From the IMG/VR virus record IMGVR_UViG_3300045988_142422: DNA of 64,000 bases; one strand, given 5' to 3'. Source of the DNA: a virus (Duplodnaviria > Heunggongvirae > Uroviricota > Caudoviricetes). The notes under the pieces were generated by a model. The model saw only the letters and a program-made list of their open reading frames with translations, was not told where the DNA came from and ran no database searches. The position numbers were made by a program, and so were the translations under genes. This document shows, piece after piece, positions 57,647 to 64,000 of the stretch. The number at the start of each line of letters is the position of its first letter. Within the stretch, counting starts at the first letter, position 1.

Positions 57647-58240
57647 ATGATTGCAGCCGAAAAAATCAAACAGCGAAAGCGCGACAACTCTCTTCGTGAC
57701 CTCTGGAGAACACCTGACTGGCTGTTTTCTGCCATTCAACGTTATCTTGGAGTGACATTTGATGTTGACGTTGCCTGCAACAAGGACAATGCAAAGCTGC
57801 CTAATTTCATAGGCGTTGAGCGTGATGCTTTGAAATCTGAATGGGGACAGCCAGGTACAATTGCCTTCCTCAATCCACCCTACTCCAAAATCTCCCCCTG
57901 GATTGATGCGGCTATACGTGAGCAGGCTCGCGGAGTTACAACAGTGATGCTAATTCCTCAATCCCTAGATACAAAGTGGTATGAGCGTGCAACAGAGTGT
58001 GCGAATGAGACGATTATTCTGTCTGGTGGCCGCGTAGCGTTTGTCGAGCCTGACGTAAATCTGGGTCAGGTAGAAGTAAACATCAACCCAGGTGGCAGTA
58101 TGCTCGTTGTTTTTCGAGGATTCTGTCAGGACGCTGGGCACTCTATAAGCAAGATCCCTTTGGACGTCATGAAAAGTCTGGGAGGGTATGATCCTGCGAA
58201 TGTGATCAGGAAAAAAAGACCATCAAAGAAGGCTGCTTAG
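57647..58240 (+). CDS. DNA N6-adenine methyltransferase (phage Dam-type)
   Basis: WRTPDWLF N-terminal motif and catalytic NPPYS. Confidence 0.7.
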   Translation: MIAAEKIKQRKRDNSLRDLWRTPDWLFSAIQRYLGVTFDVDVACNKDNAKLPNFIGVERDALKSEWGQPGTIAFLNPPYSKISPWIDAAIREQARGVTTVMLIPQSLDTKWYERATECANETIILSGGRVAFVEPDVNLGQVEVNINPGGSMLVVFRGFCQDAGHSISKIPLDVMKSLGGYDPANVIRKKRPSKKAA

Positions 58241-58425
58241 TTTGTTCTGGCGTCTGTAATTAGCCTGCTTCTGTATATATAAATAACTACATATTAATTA
58301 TTAATATACGGAAGCAGGCTGTTTTGTATCAGAGACTCCAGACCTGAACATCACTACAGAATCCACTAGAACCCCTTCCCAGACGCTTTAAAATCGATTT
58401 TATGAACCACTTTAAGGAAACCAAC

Positions 58426-58656
58426 ATGTCATACCCGACTAATGTCGTTGCGCTCGTAGAGAGCGATTTTCTGGCCCAGGCTCGTGAAATGATGAAAGAT
58501 CGTGAGCAGGCTTTCAACTTGTACGAATGGGCAATTAAGTGCTTGCATCTTGGCGAGCATCGCGAACTTGTTGAACAGCTTTTAGGTGAGTTGATCAATG
58601 AGGTGTTTGCCTTGAATGTTCAACTACATGGTAGAGAAAATAATCAATCACAATGA
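58426..58656 (+). CDS. Hypothetical small protein
   Basis: ATG after AAGGAAACC; 76 aa. Confidence 0.45.
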   Translation: MSYPTNVVALVESDFLAQAREMMKDREQAFNLYEWAIKCLHLGEHRELVEQLLGELINEVFALNVQLHGRENNQSQ

Positions 58657-59238
58657 TAGATAAGTACAAACTATTCATAAAGTGAATTGTAAGTGCTAAG
58701 ATCTGATAGTTTCCAGTCGTAGACTGGAGACTCGACCTGATGGGTGGGGGTAAGCGTCACTGGCGTCAGGTTTAAAAAAGCTCACTACCAGCGTAGAACT
58801 GGTGCCGTTTAGGTGTCGGGGAAGGGGGAACCAAAGTGAGCAGAGACAAGGGTCACTTTATGATTGTCGAGTCTGGGGGGTTTCGAGAGGTTGAATCCAG
58901 TACTCCCCTTCATAAAGTGTGGGAAGATCTCGGTTCTGGGGTGCTGTCATCCATAACTTCCCAAGTCTAAGCTGGCAGTAGACTTAGACCATAACTTTTC
59001 AGGTTATGAAACGACCAGGTTGGTGAGAGATTTTTATACTCACCTCCCTGGGAGAGTATTACCTGAAAAGACAACCTCTCACTTCGTTCGAGGTGAACTT
59101 CACTCACTTCGTTCGTTCAGTTCAGGTTTATAAAAACCTGTTCTGGGAAGTAATTTGTTTATTTTAATAATTATTAACACGCACGCGTGTGCGCACGCGC
59201 GAGGAAAAATCGGCGCGGCGCTTGATTCAGGAGTTTAT
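58657..59238. other. ORF-free, G-tract-rich structured region with alternating purine-pyrimidine tract (candidate ncRNA, pac or origin element)
   Basis: No ORF of 60 aa or more on either strand in 58657-59154; GGGGG runs near 58742, 58817, 58873, 58938; 13-bp direct repeat CTCACTTCGTTCG at 59078 and 59103; (CG/CA)n tract 59177-59201. Confidence 0.4.
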
Positions 59239-59829
59239 ATGACGACGAAGACACCAGCCCGATCGCAAGCAAAAACTCGCAAAAAAGCCAAAAACAAAAA
59301 TTCCCCCCGCACCAATCCCACAACGCCTGTCGTAGAGTTCAATCCCCAGCTTAAAACCGTGAAAATCTTTAGTGATGGCTCTTGCCTTAAAAATCCGGGT
59401 GGCCCGGGCGGTTACGGTATCGTTCTCCAGTATCGTGGTGAGGAACGCGAGTTCTCAGATGGTTTTCATAGCACCACCAATAACCGCATGGAGATGATGG
59501 GGGCACTTATCGGGCTGGAGCGTTTGAAATATCCATGCAACGTTATTTTGCACTCTGATAGCCAGTATCTGAAAAACGGCATGACACAGTGGATGAAATG
59601 GTGGAAACGCAATGGATGGATGACTTCTGACAAAAAACCGGTAAAGAATGTTGATCTGTGGAAGCGTCTGGATGAGGCCGCAAGTCGACATAATGTTCGC
59701 TGGAAGTGGGTTAAAGGTCACGCCGGGCATCGTGAAAATGAAATATGTGATCGACTCGCGAAGATCGCAGCTTTTTCAGCAGCAGATATGCCTCACAAGA
59801 AAGATATTGGTTTTGTTTATAACAAATAG
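59239..59829 (+). CDS. rnhA: Ribonuclease HI
   Basis: ATG after AGGAG; basic N-terminal linker then [18 protein letters not shown]...HSDSQYL...[17 protein letters not shown]. Confidence 0.85.
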   Translation: MTTKTPARSQAKTRKKAKNKNSPRTNPTTPVVEFNPQLKTVKIFSDGSCLKNPGGPGGYGIVLQYRGEEREFSDGFHSTTNNRMEMMGALIGLERLKYPCNVILHSDSQYLKNGMTQWMKWWKRNGWMTSDKKPVKNVDLWKRLDEAASRHNVRWKWVKGHAGHRENEICDRLAKIAAFSAADMPHKKDIGFVYNK

Positions 59830-59977
59830 TAAGTAAGTGTTTACCTATCATTTTAAATCATGTATCTTATCGGCGTCAGGATGACAATGTGTCGGTAAGA
59901 CACAGTTCCAGGATGGAACGAGAAAGGCGGCTGGCAATCGCCAGCCGCAACTCTTTCTGACACTGGATGGAGTCCAC

Positions 59978-60472
59978 ATGGCACGTCAAACCTATTTCAC
60001 TTCTGTAACTAAACGTCCTCGTTCTTTACGTCAAATTTTGGCCGAATTATTTAGCGGTCGTGTTATGTCACGCCTTGATGAACTAGAGACTACCGTTCGG
60101 TTGCTGAATGAACGTTTAGATAATCAAGCGTCAGTTGTTGCGAACGTGGGGGCGATTGTTGCCTCTGGTTCTTCACGCGAAGCGAAAAATGCACGGCCTT
60201 TAGTGAAGGAGAAAAACAACAAGGACAGTTCGAATGGAAAATTTTCAAAGAAAGAGGCTGAAACCAATGGCCTACGTTCTCATTATAGTTTCACTGGCGA
60301 CGGTAGCCGTTCCAGCCGGTCAGAGCCTTTTGATGCCGGATTCATCCACCACCACACCTTCGTCGACGACAATTACCACCACTCCAGTGGAGCGTCCTGT
60401 CACTCTGGATGGGATGGCGGTGGATGCGATACCTCAAGTTCATCCAGTTACTCAGGATCATGCTGTGACTAA
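59978..60472 (+). CDS. Hypothetical protein with Cys/His-rich C-terminus
   Basis: 164 aa; overlapped in another frame by 60234..60485 ORF encoding a Thr/Pro-rich hydrophobic-N-terminus peptide; true frame unresolved. Confidence 0.35.
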   Translation: MARQTYFTSVTKRPRSLRQILAELFSGRVMSRLDELETTVRLLNERLDNQASVVANVGAIVASGSSREAKNARPLVKEKNNKDSSNGKFSKKEAETNGLRSHYSFTGDGSRSSRSEPFDAGFIHHHTFVDDNYHHSSGASCHSGWDGGGCDTSSSSSYSGSCCD

Positions 60473-60481
60473 GGCGGTTGT

Positions 60482-60670
60482 ATGAACTGGTTTTCAAATC
60501 ACTTTGGAAAAATTTGGCTGGCAATTCTTGCCCTCATGGCCGCCGGTTGGGTATCGAACATTATAAAACTTGTTTGCTCTGGCGATCTCCAGTTTCAGGC
60601 TGGCATGACCTTGGCTCGTGTAGTTGGGATTTTTATTTTTCCAGTCGGTTCGGTACTTGGTTATTTCTGA
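60482..60670 (+). CDS. Small membrane protein
   Basis: 62 aa, two hydrophobic segments. Confidence 0.4.
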   Translation: MNWFSNHFGKIWLAILALMAAGWVSNIIKLVCSGDLQFQAGMTLARVVGIFIFPVGSVLGYF

Positions 60671-60726
60671 CGGTTGTTAGTGCATATGCATTGACCGTCT
60701 TTGCGTAAGCAATTTATTTAACTAGA

Positions 60727-60739
60727 AAACAACTTGTTT
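60727..60739. promoter_or_regulatory. Palindromic motif A copy (AAACAACTTGTTT)
   Basis: 24 nt upstream of ATG 60764. Confidence 0.4.
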
Positions 60740-60763
60740 TGACAAATAACAAAAGGAAAACAC

Positions 60764-61189
60764 ATGTTAGGTTTCTTCAAAAAGAAAACTCGTAAAGCAG
60801 TTATCGAAGTCAAAAAAATGGAGAACCGTGATGCGGTTGAGGCCACCGTGTGGGGCGCGTACATGATCTCCTATGCCGACGGCACATGTGACGCAAAAGA
60901 AATTGCCATTCTTGAGAAGACAATTGCAGCTCTGCCTGCGTTTTCTCCGTTTGCTGGTGAAATTGCCCAAATGAGCGCCAATATCCGTGCTCGTTACGAA
61001 GCGTCCCCTCGTTCTGCTAATGCACAGGCTATTCGTGAGCTGTCTGATATTGCGGGTACTCCAGAGGCGGTCGATGTTCTGTGTCTGTGCCTTGATATTG
61101 CCGATCAGGACGGCATTGGTGAACAAGAAGAGCAGGCACTGAAAAAGATCGCCCAGGCGCTTCAGTTGTCACTGGATGCTTATCTCTAA
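60764..61189 (+). CDS. TerB-like domain protein (tentative)
   Basis: 141 aa; pattern AYMISYADGTCDAKEIAILEKTI and second acidic repeat resemble TerB-type domains; unverified. Confidence 0.3.
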   Translation: MLGFFKKKTRKAVIEVKKMENRDAVEATVWGAYMISYADGTCDAKEIAILEKTIAALPAFSPFAGEIAQMSANIRARYEASPRSANAQAIRELSDIAGTPEAVDVLCLCLDIADQDGIGEQEEQALKKIAQALQLSLDAYL

Positions 61190-61347
61190 TGCTTGAGAGA
61201 TTCCGGCTTGTGACCGTCATTGCTCTTCTGGTGATGGCGGTGTTGGTGGATTTTACGGGAAAGATGATGTCTGTCATTTCTGATGGCGTCCTCATTGGTC
61301 TGGCGATCTACTTCGCTTATCCGCTAGTCCGTAAAGCAACGTGTTAA
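61189..61347 (+). CDS. Small membrane protein (52 aa), translationally coupled
   Basis: ATG overlaps upstream TAA (TAATG); hydrophobic VTVIALLVMAVLV and LIGLAIYFAY; below ORF-track size cutoff. Confidence 0.35.
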   Translation: MLERFRLVTVIALLVMAVLVDFTGKMMSVISDGVLIGLAIYFAYPLVRKATC

Positions 61348-61455
61348 TGACAAGGGCCATTTGGCCCTTGTGTTTCGTTGACCGAAATAGAGAGTTTGCA
61401 CCTTTACGTTTAGCTTGCTCCCCTTTTATGCCACATCACAATAAAGCCAATAAGA

Positions 61456-61468
61456 AAACAACTTGTTT
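61456..61468. promoter_or_regulatory. Palindromic motif A copy (AAACAACTTGTTT)
   Basis: 18 nt upstream of ATG 61487. Confidence 0.4.
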
Positions 61469-61486
61469 AAGCATTAGGAAAAACAC

Positions 61487-62056
61487 ATGTGCAAGAAATG
61501 CAAAGCGATAGCTGATGAACAAAACGCCTTATTCGAAGAAATGGATGCTAATGAACTGGTCAAAATGTTAGCCATTCTTCGAGGAATAGAAGACGTTTCC
61601 ATATTTGAGAGAGTGGTTACAGCACTTAATTTTGAGTCCACCTTTGAAGAGCCAACTCAGGTTGTAGCTTTAGCACATCATTTCGGTGTTCATTATCTTG
61701 CTGAAAAAGAGCGCGCTGATAAGTTGCAGGCGACTTTGGATATGGTGAGCGAGATTCAACGAACTGATGACACTAACAAGAGTGAGGCGATTATTGCCAG
61801 CAAAGATCGTGAAATTGCTGGGCTTAAATCCTCTCTAACGATGTTGATGTCTGCGTTCAATCTTATGTCTTCTCAGGCGGGTTATAAAATGCCATCACTA
61901 AACAGCGATGATCCGATGGCCGTTCGTCAGCTTTTGGGAGCAATGGCCGACCAACTCGACGACACAAAGAGTCGCCTTGAAGACATGATGCGTGAGTTAA
62001 GCCATCGACATAACCTCGCAACACAACCACACAAAGTCTTTCAAAGCTCTAATTGA
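61487..62056 (+). CDS. Hypothetical protein
   Basis: 189 aa ORF with canonical upstream context. Confidence 0.5.
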   Translation: MCKKCKAIADEQNALFEEMDANELVKMLAILRGIEDVSIFERVVTALNFESTFEEPTQVVALAHHFGVHYLAEKERADKLQATLDMVSEIQRTDDTNKSEAIIASKDREIAGLKSSLTMLMSAFNLMSSQAGYKMPSLNSDDPMAVRQLLGAMADQLDDTKSRLEDMMRELSHRHNLATQPHKVFQSSN

Positions 62057-62110
62057 TCTGATATGGCCGCATGATCGGCCATATCGTGTTGATAAAAACA
62101 AGGATGAAAA

Positions 62111-62392
62111 ATGGCATACGGTACAGGGATTTACAACAATAAAGGAATTAACGTTACTGGCTTCCTTACACCTATTTTTTTTCTTGATCGATTTACGGCG
62201 TCATCAGGCTCTAAGACGTACTCTAATCCGCCACCGGGTAAATCACTTCATGCCGTGTGGTCATTGATGCCTCTTAACAACGACAACTACATCAATTTAC
62301 CTGTTCCAAAAGTTACTATTAATGGAAATACGGTTAGTTGGTCAAATTTATATACGGGGCTTGGTTCTTACATATATACATACTGGGGATAA
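62111..62392 (+). CDS. Hypothetical protein (AT-rich block)
   Basis: 93 aa; lower GC than surroundings. Confidence 0.4.
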   Translation: MAYGTGIYNNKGINVTGFLTPIFFLDRFTASSGSKTYSNPPPGKSLHAVWSLMPLNNDNYINLPVPKVTINGNTVSWSNLYTGLGSYIYTYWG

Positions 62393-62395
62393 TTA

Positions 62396-63009
62396 TGTTC
62401 GGGATGTCAATTACTCAATCAGATGGAAGTTTGTGGATGAGTCCTGAATTTACTCCGCAAAATCTGATTAATAAAGGGACAATGTCTGCATCTAAAGGTT
62501 CTGTTTTTAAAACATCAATCCCATCAAACAAATCATGCTTTTTCTTCATAAAAAGCAGTAATAAGGCGAACATGATGTTTATTCATGAACATAGTAACGG
62601 ATACAATGCTCTCAGATTGCATCAGGTAAATGGTAGCCCCGGAACAATAACAGTTTATGCTTTTTCTGATATGGTGTTACCACATTCTGGCTATGGCATT
62701 GCCATGTATAACAGCGCAGGCGCAATGGTGTATCACGGTGAGATGATGCCACTTGATGCGAAACTTATCACTATTTCGGACCCTCAATTTACCATAGATG
62801 TGGGGTATCCGTGTGCGGTAATGCCTGCTATGGTTGGGGTTTATAACTATAGACGAACCGATTACGACAGACCTGTCTATGTAACTATGACCGGTGCAAC
62901 TGGAAACCAAGTATATAACGGTCAATGGTATTCCGGTAATGTCACATGGGATATTAAGAAGATTTATACAAACAAAATCCTGGTTATAAATACCTCAAAG
63001 TATGATTAG
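62396..63009 (+). CDS. Hypothetical beta-rich protein (AT-rich block)
   Basis: ATG at 62396 three nt after upstream stop; Tyr/Asn/Gly-rich. Confidence 0.4.
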
Positions 63010-63112
63010 CAAATACCTTTATTTAAAGGATTGCCTGTTAATTTCTATTTAGCACCTTTTCATTTTTGAAATAATTGCACCATTAAACAAATCTTTTCTT
63101 AATGGTGCAATT

Positions 63113-63589
63113 ATGAATACAGCTCTTTCCATCATCGACGATGCCAACTCAAACACTGCTATCGATTATCGTCAGGAAATGAACGTCATCCACGAAATTG
63201 TGGCCGAGTGCGAGAAAGAGATCGCCTTCATGTATCAGGTTCACGACTTCGTTTATGGAGACGAACGCCACAACATGATTAATCGCCTGCTGCGACTAAA
63301 CCATCGACCAGATGAAGATCGCTCACGTTTAAATCGAGGTTGGTTGGATAAAGTCGATCTGGAATGGGTGAAACAGAATATTTGGGCCGAGTACTGGAGG
63401 AAGGTCACGGACATGACTAACGTTCTGCTGATTATGCCAGATTCCCGTCGCGACGAGTGGCGTGAGCAGTTTATCGAGGGCAAGCAGGAAACGATCAAGA
63501 CTGACAGAACTGGCTGTCAGATGAAGGTTAAAGAGTTCGTTGGTGTACCTGAGTTCAAAGTGGATACAGACATCCCTACGATGGCTTGA
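63113..63589 (+). CDS. Hypothetical protein
   Basis: 158 aa ORF. Confidence 0.45.
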   Translation: MNTALSIIDDANSNTAIDYRQEMNVIHEIVAECEKEIAFMYQVHDFVYGDERHNMINRLLRLNHRPDEDRSRLNRGWLDKVDLEWVKQNIWAEYWRKVTDMTNVLLIMPDSRRDEWREQFIEGKQETIKTDRTGCQMKVKEFVGVPEFKVDTDIPTMA

Positions 63590-63647
63590 TCTGACAGCTA
63601 TCTGCAATTTGCACAGATATCTGCCAGATCTGGTTCAGATTAATACA

Positions 63648-64000
63648 CTATATCTGCCCACCTACTCCTTTGAACTTTTCAATAAACGTGACGATTTTCT
63701 GGAAAACGGTCTGTTTTTTCGTTTTATATTGCGGGTTTAACGGACTAAGTTTTGGTAATGTCTCGTTTAATTCTGTGCCATTTTCGGTGGCGTATTCGCG
63801 TTTTAAAGACGTGCGAATATAGCGTTTCGCCGCCTCTTCATTGAGATTTTCTTCTTTAATCAACGCTTCTGCTTCACGTAGCTGTTCGTGTTGAGCAAAG
63901 GTAAAGAACGCGTCAATGATGCTGGCTTTGTCTGGTAAATCATCCAGGTTCGTTTGCTGAATAAAATCGACCACCAGGCCCTCTTTCGCCCGGTTCCCCA
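63648..64000 (-). CDS. C-terminal part of a larger protein running off the window end (possibly type I restriction R-subunit C-terminal domain)
   Basis: Minus-strand frame stays open to base 64000; helical Glu/Lys-rich C-terminus ...[31 protein letters not shown]; family assignment from memory only. Confidence 0.3.
   Translation of the reverse strand, partial: GNRAKEGLVVDFIQQTNLDDLPDKASIIDAFFTFAQHEQLREAEALIKEENLNEEAAKRYIRTSLKREYATENGTELNETLPKLSPLNPQYKTKKQTVFQKIVTFIEKFKGVGGQI

Noticed and set aside
58657-59829. Retron (msr-msd RNA plus RNase H) interpretation of the ORF-free structured region
   Set aside because: No reverse transcriptase gene is adjacent; the neighbouring gene is a plain RNase HI.
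59978-60485. Rz/Rz1-like embedded spanin pair (60234..60485 inside 59978..60472)
   Set aside because: The embedded ORF has a hydrophobic N-terminus but no lipobox cysteine, and the outer ORF lacks an N-terminal TM; a true spanin pair is already present at 8225..8612.
1-64000. Initial impression of a T5-like lytic phage (L-shaped fibre with chaperone domain, tRNAs, nrd/thy/frd genes)
   Set aside because: The polymerase is DnaE-type rather than family A, and the window contains an iteron repA replicon, parA, a toxin-antitoxin pair and a tyrosine recombinase, which fit a phage-plasmid better.

Overview
This 64 kb window reads as a tailed-phage genome segment that also carries plasmid-maintenance functions, i.e. 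a phage-plasmid. From gene content alone (no database search was possible) it resembles the SSU5/pHCM2-type enterobacterial phage-plasmids; that assignment is from memory and unverified. In order: two tail-fibre genes (33-aa repeat rod; Ala/Ser-rich fibre with C-terminal intramolecular-chaperone domain); a lysis-like cassette with overlapping Rz/Rz1 spanins; a minus-strand GNAT-toxin/DUF1778-antitoxin pair; parA plus a small partner; a T4-like replication and recombination block (DnaB helicase, primase, ATP ligase, DnaE-type polymerase, gp32-like SSB, flap endonuclease, RecA/UvsX-like, SbcCD-like, RuvC-like); three tRNAs (Asn, Thr, Ser) embedded among long perfect inverted repeats; an AT-rich single-gene island; glutaredoxin, tyrosine recombinase and an HTH repressor; a CobT/CobS-like vWA/AAA+ pair; a minus-strand cspA island; an SPFH lipoprotein; an iteron-flanked repA origin with DnaA boxes and a GATC cluster; nucleotide metabolism genes (nrdA, nrdB, thyA, DHFR, kinase); an HNH endonuclease, DnaQ exonuclease, Dam methyltransferase and RNase HI. 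Two dispersed palindromic motif families and a conserved translation-initiation context recur upstream of many genes. No single feature can be declared a new system from sequence alone; the most plausible candidates are the AT-rich HEPN-like gene, the cspA/AlpA island, the operator-like motif network and a G-tract-rich ORF-free region.
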